Assembly: GCA_050049875.1 (NCBI GenBank)
Contig: JASFVL010000001.1
Location: forward strand, 987-64,986
DNA length: 64,000 nucleotides
Direction: 5' to 3'
From: Anaerolineales bacterium
GTDB lineage: Bacteria; Chloroflexota; Anaerolineae; Anaerolineales; UBA11858
The position numbers and the translations under genes are program-made. Below, piece after piece: positions 38,219 to 48,384 of this stretch. How positions within the stretch are numbered: the first letter of the stretch is position 1; every line of letters begins with the position of its first letter. Below the pieces are notes generated by a model. The model searched no databases. It was not told the DNA's origin and worked only from the letters and a program-made list of their open reading frames with translations.

Positions 38219-38839
38219 TTATTTGTTGAAAACCTTTGATAATTCGATCTCAGAGATCGGACCAGACCGGAGTATTTTCAAATCAGGAGAGGTGCAATCG
38301 ACAACTGTCGATGGAGTTCCTCCTGGAGTCTTTCCCCCATCCAATATAAGATGGATCCGCCCACCCATCTGTATCAAAACTTCATTAGCAGAAGTAGTGT
38401 TTTGTTTTCCAGACAGGTTGGCAGAGGTTACTGCAAGTGGACCTGTTCGATTTAACAGTGCTAAGGCGACTGGATGATCAGGTACTCTCACGCCTACGGT
38501 TAGAAGGGGCGAGAGTACTTCTGGAACATTTGGATGACGAGGCACAATCAGGGTCAAAGGACCAGGCCAAAATCTTCTTGCTAATATTGAAACACTTTTA
38601 TTGATGTTTACCGCGACTTTATCCAGCTCTCCAGCGGAGTTTATCAGAACCGCGATTGCTCGAGAACTGTTTCGTCCTTTCACGACATATAATTGCTCAA
38701 TATACTCAGCATTAAACGCCATCGCTGCCAGACCATAAACGGTGTCAGTTGGGAAAGCAACAAGACCCCCATTCTGGAGGACGTCAACCGCGTGAGGTAA
38801 CGAAAAGGGATCATCAGCAGGCAGGACTTCTGTTTGCAT
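38219..38839 (-). CDS. tsaC: L-threonylcarbamoyladenylate synthase (TsaC/YrdC/YwlC type)
   Basis: YrdC fold motifs FPTDTVYGLA, FWPGPLT and TSANLSG. Confidence 0.9.
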   Translation of the reverse strand: MQTEVLPADDPFSLPHAVDVLQNGGLVAFPTDTVYGLAAMAFNAEYIEQLYVVKGRNSSRAIAVLINSAGELDKVAVNINKSVSILARRFWPGPLTLIVPRHPNVPEVLSPLLTVGVRVPDHPVALALLNRTGPLAVTSANLSGKQNTTSANEVLIQMGGRIHLILDGGKTPGGTPSTVVDCTSPDLKILRSGPISEIELSKVFNK

Positions 38840-38848
38840 AAAATGTCC

Positions 38849-39805
38849 TTATTTTGATACTGTCATTCGCTGAGGAATATTACTGTTATCGATCTTAACC
38901 ACGCGGTCATTTCCCGAAAAGTCTTGTATGAGATGTATCCTGCTTTCAGGAAATGCATCCTTCGCCATGTTAATCACCAATTCGCCTTGATCGGCATCGA
39001 TCTCCAACAGTATCAAACCCTTCTTAGAGAGAACGTATGGAGCAGTTTCCAGCAAGGATTGGATTTTATCTAATCCATTGAGCCCGCCGCTGAGTGCAAT
39101 ATATGGCTCTCTATTGTACACATCTAATGAATATAATGTGTTGATAGGGATGTACGGCAAATTAGCACATATCAAGTCAATAGATTGATCTCTATATATC
39201 GAACCGATAAGGTTTGTGCAGATGAAATTGTTGCGCATATGCACTCCATGTTCCCTGGAATTGGTCTGAGCAACTTTGAGTGCTTTAACAGATATGTCAG
39301 TAGCGGTCACTCTCAAGTTGTGGATCTTTTTTAATAATGTGACAGCAATGCATCCCGATCCAGTGCCCACGTCCATCGCTATCCGCTTATCAGAGTGATT
39401 TTGGAGCCAATTTAATGCTTCTTCTACTAATATCTCAGTCTCCGGTCGTGGTATGAGCACATCAGGAGTTAGTTTAAAATCGAAACCATAGAATTCCCAA
39501 TGTCCAATTACATACGGGAGGGGGACCCCTCGTTCGAGCTGCTCCAAAGCTATCTTTAGATCGGTCAATTGGTAACTGGAAGGATACTCTTCAGGATGAG
39601 CCAGGATCCAGGATCTGGTTTTTCCCATAACATGAGCTAAGATTACCTGAGCGTCTAATAAGGAAGAATCACTTACGCCATCAAGTCGGCAAGCAATATC
39701 TGAGATGAGATGATGCACCTTATGTGACTTTTGATGATTAAATATAGACTTAATACACAAATTCATTATATTTTTGGGAATCTCCGGGATTACCTTTTTC
39801 ATCAT
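38849..39805 (-). CDS. prmC: Release-factor glutamine N5-methyltransferase PrmC (HemK)
   Basis: SAM motif DVGTGSGCIA and substrate motif NLPYIP (an NPPY variant). This is the maximal ORF. The true start is probably downstream (ATG 39766 or GTG 39718), because 39805 overlaps prfA by 56 nt. Confidence 0.85.
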   Translation of the reverse strand: MMKKVIPEIPKNIMNLCIKSIFNHQKSHKVHHLISDIACRLDGVSDSSLLDAQVILAHVMGKTRSWILAHPEEYPSSYQLTDLKIALEQLERGVPLPYVIGHWEFYGFDFKLTPDVLIPRPETEILVEEALNWLQNHSDKRIAMDVGTGSGCIAVTLLKKIHNLRVTATDISVKALKVAQTNSREHGVHMRNNFICTNLIGSIYRDQSIDLICANLPYIPINTLYSLDVYNREPYIALSGGLNGLDKIQSLLETAPYVLSKKGLILLEIDADQGELVINMAKDAFPESRIHLIQDFSGNDRVVKIDNSNIPQRMTVSK

Positions 39806-40868
39806 CCAGCCCAGCTGCGGCTAGGCGCTCGGCTTCGTCGCGTGTGGCTAACTCGTCGATAAACTCATTGAGCTCACCATCTAGAACTGCTGGTAAGTTA
39901 TATGATGATAGATTAATACGATGATCAGTGACACGCGATTGTGGAAAATTGTAAGTGCGAATTTTCTCTGATCTTTCACCAGTACCGACTTGGGTTCGCC
40001 TATTCTGATCAATTTCTGCTCGTTGTTTTGCTTCTTCAACTTCGTATAGCCTTGCTTTTAAGATGCTCATCGCTCTCTGCCGATTTTGCAGCTGAGAACG
40101 TTCATCTTGGCATTGGACAACCATCCCGGTTGGAATATGGGTGAGCCGTACAGCGGTTGCGTTCTTCTGAACACTTTGGCCCCCTGCACCAGCTGATTTG
40201 AATACATCCATGCGGACATCACCATCAGGGATGTTTACTTCTACATCATCAACTTCAGCTAAAACGGCAACTGTAGCAGTGGATGTATGAATACGACCTT
40301 GAGATTCAGTTACTGGGACACGTTGAACCCGATGAACCCCCGATTCGAATTTCAAACGAGAATACGCCCCTCTGCCCTTGATAAGGTATGCAATTTCTTT
40401 GAATCCACCCACTCCAGTTTCATTTGAAGAGAGAACTTCTACATGCCAACCTTGACGTTCTGCATAACGGCTGTACATGCGGAAAAGATCAGCAGCAAAC
40501 AATCCCGCTTCATCACCTCCTGTACCAGCCCTTATCTCCATGATGACATTTCGCTTATCCCAGGGATCGCTTGGTAACAATAGATACTTTAACTCCTGTT
40601 CTAAACGTTGAATTATTGGTTTTAGTGCCTCAATTTCCGCATCAGCCAGCAGTATGATCTCCTCCTCCTCTGAATTTTGCAATGATTTCGCTTCTTCATA
40701 ATTGCGTAAAGTATTGCGATATTCACGGGCTTTATCCACAATGGGTTCCAAGTCAGACCGCTCAATTGCTAATTCAGTTGCACGTTGGTAATCCTCACCA
40801 ACTTCCAGGAGTTCCTGGTTGATTTCTTGATATCTATCTTCAATTCCTTTAACTTTTTCTAGCATCAT
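39750..40868 (-). CDS. prfA: Peptide chain release factor 1
   Basis: GGQ (AGGQSVQKN) and the RF1-type PVT tripeptide (RVPVTES). prfA-prmC-tsaC gene order. Confidence 0.95.
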   Translation of the reverse strand: MMLEKVKGIEDRYQEINQELLEVGEDYQRATELAIERSDLEPIVDKAREYRNTLRNYEEAKSLQNSEEEEIILLADAEIEALKPIIQRLEQELKYLLLPSDPWDKRNVIMEIRAGTGGDEAGLFAADLFRMYSRYAERQGWHVEVLSSNETGVGGFKEIAYLIKGRGAYSRLKFESGVHRVQRVPVTESQGRIHTSTATVAVLAEVDDVEVNIPDGDVRMDVFKSAGAGGQSVQKNATAVRLTHIPTGMVVQCQDERSQLQNRQRAMSILKARLYEVEEAKQRAEIDQNRRTQVGTGERSEKIRTYNFPQSRVTDHRINLSSYNLPAVLDGELNEFIDELATRDEAERLAAAGLDDEKGNPGDSQKYNEFVY

Positions 40869-41081
40869 AGCTGTATTATTTGAATTTAAACATATTCGAT
40901 ATAAATTAACAAATTCTTACATAGAAAATGATCTTGTCATCTTCTTTTAATGAGTTTTTACCAAGTAAAACTACACTAAATATGGCGAACAGATTATACC
41001 ATTCGGAACTTTTTTTCATGAAAAGTCGTCCATTACTTAATATGAATCATGCACTTGATTTTTATATTCTGGAGGGATCTC

Positions 41082-43454
41082 ATGAAGATTAAACTATCCT
41101 TTGTTATGTTAATTGCTTCGCTCATTTTTTTGTTGTTCCCGCTGCCAGTTCGTGCGGATGGCATCATCATTCCAGACCCTCCTCCGGGACCGATTCCTGG
41201 ACCTATTCCTATATCCCAACTCATAATCCGTTATCATCGGGTGGATGTGAATATTGAGAACCAAATTGCTGTTACTCAGGTGGATCAAGTATTTTATAAT
41301 CCAAACGATTGGGTCGTTGAGGGAGAGTACATATTTCCAATTCCTGCTGGCGCTTCAGTTAGTGCCTTCCAATTGTGGATTGATGGCGAGCCGGTAGAGG
41401 GGGAAATAATGGATGCGGAAGAAGCCCGCGGCACCTATGAAGAGATTGTTCGTGAGATGCAGGACCCAGCTCTTTTGGAGTATGCTGACCAAGGGGCTCT
41501 TCGAGCCAGGATCTTTCCAATCCCTCCGGGTGGAGAACGTCGTATTGAGCTGGAGTACTCTGAAGTATTGTCTTCTGAGAAAGCCCTAGTGCATTATATC
41601 TATCCTCTCAACACAGAAAAATTTTCAACAGAGCCGCTTGAACAAGTAAGCATTAATGTGGATTTACGATCCGACGTTCCCATTCGAGCTGTCTATTCAT
41701 CTTCCCATTCAGTAGCAATCGATAGACATAACGAATATCATTTATCAATAGGTTATGAGGAATCTCAAGTAACCCCGGATACAGATTTCAATATCTTCTA
41801 CTCTTTAGGTGAAGAACAAGCATTTCACATTCTCTCTTACAGAGAACCTAGGGGTGAAGTTGATCCAGATGGTTTCTTCCTGCTTTTATTGGCTCCGAGA
41901 CCCGATGCAGTAGAAGAAAACATTCCAAAAGATGTAATATTGGTATTAGATCGTTCTGGTAGCATGGAAGGGGAGAAGTTCCGTCAAGCTCAAACAGCTT
42001 TGAGTTACATTCTGGAACATCTAAATGATGATGATCGTTTCAACATAATCACTTTCAGCACCGGTGTCGAGACCTATGCTACACAGTTACGATCTGTATC
42101 AGAGGTGAGCGAAGCAATCGCTTGGGTAGGAGCAACCAGTGCTGCAGGGAGTACGGATATCAATCGAGCACTACTCGAAGCGGCTTCCTTTATAGACCAA
42201 GATAGACCAACATATTTAATATTTCTGACCGATGGATTACCTACTGAGGGGGTAACGGATAGTCAAATGATTATTAACAACCTGATTGAGTCCGCTCCTT
42301 CAAACCTGCGCTTATTTGCATTCGGTGTAGGTTATGATGTTGATACTTATTTGTTGGATTCTCTAGCAAAAGATCATCATGGAACCAGTATCTATGTTAT
42401 TCCGGGTGAACAATTGGATGAAGTCCTCTCCAGCTTCTATGAAAAGATTAGTTCTCCTGTTCTGACCGACTTAGAGTTGAGTTTTGAGGACATAGTCGTT
42501 TACGATGTATACCCATCACCATTACCTGATCTCTTCGCTGGATCTCAAATAATTGTTGTGGGAAGATATCTTGAGGGTGGACTAACATCTGTCACCCTTG
42601 AAGGAGTCATTGATGGAGAAACCAATACTTTTGTCTATCATGATCAGAATCTTATAGAAATCTCTAATCAAAGTGGTCCTGAAACTTCGATCCCAAGATT
42701 GTGGGCGACTCGTAAAATAGGACACTTACTCAACAATATTCGTCTTGAAGGTCCCGACCAGGAAACGATTGATCAAATCGTTCGTCTCAGCATTCGATAT
42801 GGGGTTGTTACTCCTTATACTTCTTACTTGGTAACAGATCCCATGCCCTTGGGGGCTGACGAACAAGATCGTATTGCTCGAGAGCAATTCACTGAAATGG
42901 AAGCGCAGCCCGATTCTCCCTCTTATGGGCGTGAAGCTGTCGAAATGGCTGCTGGGGAAGGGGAGTTGAAGGATGCTGATGCGGCTACTACTCCATCTGA
43001 ACAGATCTCTAATGTAATACGTATTGTAGGTTCGCGAACGTTTATTTTTAATAATAAAATTTGGGTTGATACCGCCTATGATCCTGAAATGGATACGGTA
43101 AGGGTCGCATTCTTATCTGATGATTACTTCAATTTGGTGAATAAGCACCCAGATCTTGCGAATGCGTTTGCTTTGGGTTCTCAGGTCATTGCTATGGATA
43201 AAGGAATCGCATACAAAGTTGTATCAAGGGATATTCAAGTCGAGCCGCTCGATATGTTACCAACCGAATCCCCCTCGGACAAACCCGCGCCTGTGGAACT
43301 TGAGCCTACTTTGACTGGTCAAACGCCTACTCCAGATGAAAATGAAGGTTTGCCTCCAGCTCCTGGAACAATGCCTTGTATAGGTGGACTTATGGTGATA
43401 TTATTACCCTCAATTTACTTAGCTGTAGTGCGAAGTGAACGATCATTTACTTAA
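41082..43454 (+). CDS. Secreted VIT + von Willebrand factor A domain protein with a C-terminal membrane anchor
   Basis: Signal peptide MKIKLSFVMLIASLIFLLFPLPVRA. VIT-like N-terminal domain. MIDAS motif VLDRSGSM. C-terminal hydrophobic segment plus RSERS. Start moved to ATG 41082, which lies 5 nt after GGAGGGA. Confidence 0.85.
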   Translation: MKIKLSFVMLIASLIFLLFPLPVRADGIIIPDPPPGPIPGPIPISQLIIRYHRVDVNIENQIAVTQVDQVFYNPNDWVVEGEYIFPIPAGASVSAFQLWIDGEPVEGEIMDAEEARGTYEEIVREMQDPALLEYADQGALRARIFPIPPGGERRIELEYSEVLSSEKALVHYIYPLNTEKFSTEPLEQVSINVDLRSDVPIRAVYSSSHSVAIDRHNEYHLSIGYEESQVTPDTDFNIFYSLGEEQAFHILSYREPRGEVDPDGFFLLLLAPRPDAVEENIPKDVILVLDRSGSMEGEKFRQAQTALSYILEHLNDDDRFNIITFSTGVETYATQLRSVSEVSEAIAWVGATSAAGSTDINRALLEAASFIDQDRPTYLIFLTDGLPTEGVTDSQMIINNLIESAPSNLRLFAFGVGYDVDTYLLDSLAKDHHGTSIYVIPGEQLDEVLSSFYEKISSPVLTDLELSFEDIVVYDVYPSPLPDLFAGSQIIVVGRYLEGGLTSVTLEGVIDGETNTFVYHDQNLIEISNQSGPETSIPRLWATRKIGHLLNNIRLEGPDQETIDQIVRLSIRYGVVTPYTSYLVTDPMPLGADEQDRIAREQFTEMEAQPDSPSYGREAVEMAAGEGELKDADAATTPSEQISNVIRIVGSRTFIFNNKIWVDTAYDPEMDTVRVAFLSDDYFNLVNKHPDLANAFALGSQVIAMDKGIAYKVVSRDIQVEPLDMLPTESPSDKPAPVELEPTLTGQTPTPDENEGLPPAPGTMPCIGGLMVILLPSIYLAVVRSERSFT

Positions 43455-43671
43455 ACGGTTCGATAGCATCTTTTTTGATACCATGCTACTGATTTATCCA
43501 ATAATTCTGCCATTGGAAGATTATGCAGCGAATTTTCCGCAAATTGCGATTGAACCCCCGCAATTTGCAGAAAAACTGAACAACAGCCCATTGGAACCTG
43601 GTGGGTGTACGAATTCATGGTTTCATATATAAATCATTGACTAAGCGACCAAGCTAACAGCAATTAATTGT

Positions 43672-43689
43672 TTGATAATTGATAATCAA
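43672..43689. promoter_or_regulatory. Tandem TTGATAA TTGATAA ending in the palindrome TTGATAATCAA, just upstream of the putative rho promoter
   Basis: Read directly. Function unknown. Confidence 0.3.
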
Positions 43690-43696
43690 AAAATAC

Positions 43697-43725
43697 TTGC
43701 AGTCTGTATATAGGCATGCTATAAT
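43697..43725 (+). promoter_or_regulatory. Sigma-70-type promoter candidate for rho (TTGCAG - 17 nt - TATAAT)
   Basis: -35 at 43697-43702, an exact 17-nt spacer, and a consensus -10 TATAAT at 43720-43725. This would give a leader of about 225 nt. Confidence 0.45.
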
Positions 43726-43956
43726 TCGTATATCAAAATTCCCCTTTGATAAAAACCTTCTTTCCCAATTCTACGTGTCGCATTTTTTGCTCACCTTTGC
43801 GCCTTCTTTTACACGCTTGGGGAGTGCACATATAATCTTGTGGTGGAAAGATTAGCGCGGCAAGAGCTGAATAAACTACTATTTGCCTTAAATAAGTGTG
43901 GGGGGCTGGTGTACCTGGATATTTGATCCCATAACGTTGAGAACTTGAGCAATAAC

Positions 43957-45228
43957 ATGAATATACGCGATTTAGAAAAACTTCCATTGGCACAATTACG
44001 TCAGAATGCCCTGGATTTGGACATCCCTCGGTCTGCACGCATGAAAAAAGAGCAGCTTGTTATTCGCATTCGCCAGGCGGAGGCTGCAAAAGAGGGATTG
44101 GAAGTGCGTGGTGGCATTCTTGAAATTATGAGTGAGGGGATCGGTTTTCTGCGTTCAGAAAATTATCAACCTGGACCAGACGATGTCTATGTATCCCAAT
44201 CTCAGATCCGGCGTTATGGATTGAGGAGTGGAGATATGATCCTTGGTCATGTCAGACCACCCCGTGAAACAGAAAGACATTATGGTCTCTTGAAGGTTGA
44301 GAGCATCAATGGAATTGAACCGGACGATGCACGCAGACGTCCCACATTCGAATCCCTGACCCCCATATTCCCAGAGCAACGCTTTGATTTGGAAACTGAT
44401 CGTCATACACTTGCGACCCGCCTGATAAATTTGGTCACACCGATTGGTCGGGGACAACGCGGATTGATTGTATCTCCACCAAAAGCTGGTAAGACTACCA
44501 TTCTAAAGCATATTACCAATGCCGTGGCGATGAAGAATCCAGAAATACACTTGATGGTTGCATTAATCGGTGAACGCCCTGAGGAAGTCACAGATATGGA
44601 CCGCTCTGTGGATGCTGAGGTGATTTCCTCCACGTTTGATGAACCAGTAACTTCCCATGTTCGTGTTGCCGAAATGGTGTTGGAGCGCGCCAAAAGGCTT
44701 GTAGAGATGGGACGGGATATAGTTATTACGATGGATTCGATCACACGTCTATCCAGAGCTTATAATTTGGTCGTAACGCCTTCTGGACGAACGCTCTCTG
44801 GTGGTATTGACCCTTCAGCTTTATATCCACCCAAACGATTCTTTGGTGCAGCTCGCAATATCGAAGAAGGTGGATCCCTAACCATAATTGCTACTTGTTT
44901 AATTGATACGGGTTCTAGGATGGACGATATCATTTATGAAGAGTTCAAGGGTACAGGTAACATGGAATTGCATTTGTCAAGGCAATTACAAGAACGAAGA
45001 ATCTTCCCCGCTATTGATATATCCAGATCTTCAACTCGACGTGAGGAATTGCTTCTTGGCCCAGATATTACACAACTTGTATGGCTGATGCGACGAATGT
45101 ATGATCAGATGACCACCTCTCCACCCCACGGAGCAGGCATGGATGCTGGTAATGCTACAGAAGCGATTCTACAACGATTATCCCGTACGAATAGTAATCA
45201 GGAGTTCCTAACCACTCTTAATGAGTGA
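43957..45228 (+). CDS. rho: Transcription termination factor Rho
   Basis: N-terminal helix-bundle [13 protein letters not shown], an OB/RNA-binding region, Walker [10 protein letters not shown], and [14 protein letters not shown]. Start is taken as ATG 43957; the ORF-track TTG at 43945 is also possible. Confidence 0.95.
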   Translation: MNIRDLEKLPLAQLRQNALDLDIPRSARMKKEQLVIRIRQAEAAKEGLEVRGGILEIMSEGIGFLRSENYQPGPDDVYVSQSQIRRYGLRSGDMILGHVRPPRETERHYGLLKVESINGIEPDDARRRPTFESLTPIFPEQRFDLETDRHTLATRLINLVTPIGRGQRGLIVSPPKAGKTTILKHITNAVAMKNPEIHLMVALIGERPEEVTDMDRSVDAEVISSTFDEPVTSHVRVAEMVLERAKRLVEMGRDIVITMDSITRLSRAYNLVVTPSGRTLSGGIDPSALYPPKRFFGAARNIEEGGSLTIIATCLIDTGSRMDDIIYEEFKGTGNMELHLSRQLQERRIFPAIDISRSSTRREELLLGPDITQLVWLMRRMYDQMTTSPPHGAGMDAGNATEAILQRLSRTNSNQEFLTTLNE

Positions 45229-46354
45229 TAAAGAACCAACAAATGGGGGAGTTAGCTTCCCGAGTTTGGGAACGAAAATCTCCCAGCTAGATTGGATTTC
45301 CATAACGGGGTGGTTTTGCGCGCTTCTTATCGTTAGTTTTGCTGTTTTCACAGCATGGGGATATTTAACAGACCCAGTATTGGAAAATCATGATAGTCAA
45401 TCTAATCTTGTTACACAAGATATCTCTTCTCAATTTGATGATCGTACAGAAGATTTGGATTTACCGGAATTCAATCAAGTTAGCAGCAGAAGAGCCATCG
45501 CGAGGCAGCTCAAGCTAGACACCATAGTACCCAACCGACCTCGTCAGGAGATCGTAGATTACACAGTTGTTTCTGGAGACTCGGTTTTCGCTATTGCACA
45601 AAAATATTCCATAACCCCTGAGACCGTGCTCTGGTCAAATTATGATTTATTAAAAGATAACCCTCATTCCTTGTCAATCGGAATGACCTTAACGATTCCG
45701 CCTGAGAATGGGGTCTTTTATCAATGGCTGGAAGGGGATAGTTTGGAAGCCGTTTCTAATAGGTTTTCAGTTAATCCCGAAGATATCGTAAATTGGCCAG
45801 GCAACAGGATAGATCTGGTCTCCCCTCAGATTGAGCCAGGTCAATGGGTTATGATCCCTGGGGGTCAACGCGAATTTCAGCAATGGATTATTCCCACAAT
45901 ACCGCGTGGTGCTGCAGGTGTTTCCGCGGGGATTTACGGTTCTGGTGCCTGTCCAGGGGGTTATGAGGATGGTTTATATGGTAGTGGTGCTTTTATTTGG
46001 CCAACGGTGAATCATACAATCTCGGGCAACGATTACTGGTCAGGACATTTAGCTATCGATATTGGGGCACCAACGGGTGAACCAGTATTAGCCGCAGATA
46101 GCGGTGTGATCGTTTTCTCAGGTTGGGCGACTGGGGGCTACGGATATACTGTAGCAATAGATCATGGCAATGGATATCAAACCCTTTATGCTCACTTGAA
46201 TTCGGCATCTATCGATTGTGGACAGAGTGTGTCGCGAGGTCAACGGATTGCTTACTCTGGAAGTACAGGAAACTCCACAGGCCCACATTTGCACTTTGAA
46301 GTGAGGTACCAAGGTGGATTTGTTAACCCTTGGTATGTTTTACCCGCACCGTGA
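45221..46354 (+). CDS. LysM-domain M23 family peptidase (peptidoglycan DD-endopeptidase-like), membrane anchored
   Basis: N-terminal TM segment and two LysM repeats (YTVVSGDSVFAIAQKY..., YQWLEGDSLEAVSNRF...). M23 motifs HLAIDIG and GSTGNSTGPHLHFE. Its ATG overlaps the rho stop (ATGAGTGA). Confidence 0.85.
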   Translation: MSDKEPTNGGVSFPSLGTKISQLDWISITGWFCALLIVSFAVFTAWGYLTDPVLENHDSQSNLVTQDISSQFDDRTEDLDLPEFNQVSSRRAIARQLKLDTIVPNRPRQEIVDYTVVSGDSVFAIAQKYSITPETVLWSNYDLLKDNPHSLSIGMTLTIPPENGVFYQWLEGDSLEAVSNRFSVNPEDIVNWPGNRIDLVSPQIEPGQWVMIPGGQREFQQWIIPTIPRGAAGVSAGIYGSGACPGGYEDGLYGSGAFIWPTVNHTISGNDYWSGHLAIDIGAPTGEPVLAADSGVIVFSGWATGGYGYTVAIDHGNGYQTLYAHLNSASIDCGQSVSRGQRIAYSGSTGNSTGPHLHFEVRYQGGFVNPWYVLPAP

Positions 46355-46420
46355 TATACTCATTTTCTATATATCAAATTTAAACCTTGTTTAGGGAAAT
46401 TTTCTTAATTAAATCGGGGA

Positions 46421-46615
46421 GTGGATGAAATGCTAAATGATCCCTCAGAGCTAAAGACTGAAACGCTCGCGGAAACAGAGAGTTATATCGCTTGGCGCGC
46501 GGAGGAACCCGACGGGGAGACAACTTATCACCTCGAGCTCAACTATGTTACAGTTCACTTCTTTAAAGAAGAATGGGAGGAGTTTTTAACGTTTTTAGGA
46601 GAACTAATCGGATAA
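46421..46615 (+). CDS. Small acidic hypothetical protein
   Basis: ORF only. Start is GTG 46421 or ATG 46430. No recognisable motif. Confidence 0.35.
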   Translation: MDEMLNDPSELKTETLAETESYIAWRAEEPDGETTYHLELNYVTVHFFKEEWEEFLTFLGELIG

Positions 46616-46648
46616 AGTTAAGAAATTGAAACTGTTAACTACCACATC

Positions 46649-48253
46649 TTAGCGACTGATTGTATCTACATAATCGATTACGCTTGGGCAGGTCGAATCG
46701 AGTTCGTTTGAGACGTTTTGCCAATCCAATGTTGTTCCACTAACTTCCTCGACGGCTTCCAGCAAGCAACCAGGACCTGCATGGTAATTGACCAAAGTAA
46801 AGCGCCAAAGGTCTTCGTAACTGGATACTGCTCCTGGAATCTGATCTTTTGAATTGGATATAATTTGGCCTACCTGCTCGCAATTGGCTTTTAAGGATTG
46901 GGCAAAGAGATTTACACTAAAATCTGCATGGCTTAGGTCTATTCCTGCTGGACAATCGGCGCATTCGGCATTCACATCAGTAATAAGTGCACCGCGAAGG
47001 ATAGACTGGTCCTCATCTTCAAGCTGCACATAGCCGAGTTGGCAAACGCCGGCATCAAGGATTAACGGGCAGAATTGTGAGAAGAATGATGGATTCCACA
47101 AGAGAACTGTATCAGCACCCAACTCGGTTAATTGCCCCAGACCATATTCTTCTATTTCGATAAAGGCGCCAGGCCAAAATTGGCTTTCCTGAGCGAACAA
47201 ATTTTTAATTAGCTGGCCTGGGATATTCGTCTCTTTTGCCGCTTCGACTATTTTTGAGTCGAAACGATTTTGCCAGATCTCCACTTCGGAACGAGCTTTG
47301 TCTAATCCACATGTACTAGCATATCCATTTGACAACAATCCACCAGCCGGGCAGTCATGCGCATCAACAATACCATGAGTAATCAGTCGTCCAGCTAAAT
47401 ATACATAGGGTTCGTCAGATGCTAAAAGTTCTGGCCACTCTGGACTTGAAAGCCAGAGCGGAGGTCCACCGGGAGGTGGGAAAGCCCCCCAAATCTGAGC
47501 GCAGCTTCGTACCTGGTCTCCACGCCAACGAGAACTCATAATGTCCACATACCAACCACTTTCCCCTGGGATTGTTGAAATCCCGGTGTCGACTACTCGG
47601 ATAAGGGCTGTATATTGACTACTTACGTCTCCGTAACTGGACTCTGCCCAAAATACCATCTCCGCTCCTTCAAGGCTTGTAGGTCGTAGTGGAAAATCAC
47701 AAGGATTCTCATTGCACATGAAAGGTATGTCATTGAAAGTCCCTTGTATGCCGATAATGCTTTCATTGGGCAGTGGTTCTTCAGCACTAATCAAGAGACT
47801 TGGGATCTCGTTACAACGGTTGTCTGGAGGAAGCGGATTACAACCGCTTGTTGTTAACCAAACTTCAGGAGTGGGGAGGTCCACAGTTAAAGTTTTGGTT
47901 AGATTCTCAGAAGATACTAGGTGTAAATAATATCCAGAACAGTCACTGATATTGCCCCCCTGTTCAGCTTCAGGACATGCTCCTGTGTCAATCCAATCTT
48001 CGTAGATATCGTCACCACAATACACATATACATCATCACCGGTTGGTAGCCCATCATGATCGGACAATATTTGACATTCAGTCTGATTATCTGACCAGCG
48101 AATAAGCCACCATTGGTATTGTTTGTAGGAAACAATTATATCTGTTTGCCGAACAGTTTTTTCCGCGGCGAGACTGACCACCCCCATTGCTCCATATACA
48201 AAGAGAGCGCCAATTACGGATATTAATATTAATAAACGCCTGGATATCTCCAT
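46649..48253 (-). CDS. Membrane-anchored Cys-rich protein with a C-terminal lytic-transglycosylase (SLT)-like region
   Basis: N-terminal TM segment. Many paired Cys residues. The segment LFAQESQFWPGAF...EYGLGQLT resembles the catalytic E-S and GLxQ motifs of SLT domains. Confidence 0.6.
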   Translation of the reverse strand: MEISRRLLILISVIGALFVYGAMGVVSLAAEKTVRQTDIIVSYKQYQWWLIRWSDNQTECQILSDHDGLPTGDDVYVYCGDDIYEDWIDTGACPEAEQGGNISDCSGYYLHLVSSENLTKTLTVDLPTPEVWLTTSGCNPLPPDNRCNEIPSLLISAEEPLPNESIIGIQGTFNDIPFMCNENPCDFPLRPTSLEGAEMVFWAESSYGDVSSQYTALIRVVDTGISTIPGESGWYVDIMSSRWRGDQVRSCAQIWGAFPPPGGPPLWLSSPEWPELLASDEPYVYLAGRLITHGIVDAHDCPAGGLLSNGYASTCGLDKARSEVEIWQNRFDSKIVEAAKETNIPGQLIKNLFAQESQFWPGAFIEIEEYGLGQLTELGADTVLLWNPSFFSQFCPLILDAGVCQLGYVQLEDEDQSILRGALITDVNAECADCPAGIDLSHADFSVNLFAQSLKANCEQVGQIISNSKDQIPGAVSSYEDLWRFTLVNYHAGPGCLLEAVEEVSGTTLDWQNVSNELDSTCPSVIDYVDTISR

Positions 48254-48384
48254 TAATTTGTATTTTACCTCAACTTCTTTAAGGTTCGATAGAAAAAATC
48301 AGAATTATTAAACACATAACGCAAGGTACTTGGTACTTACTTGCTACCAATCACTGCCCATGATACACTCTAATTGAGGTAAAT

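Noticed and set aside
43435-44038. ORFs of 65 aa (+) and 101 aa (-) upstream of rho
   Set aside because: They lie in the putative rho promoter and leader, and the minus ORF overlaps the rho start. They have no RBS or motifs. The region is better explained as regulatory.
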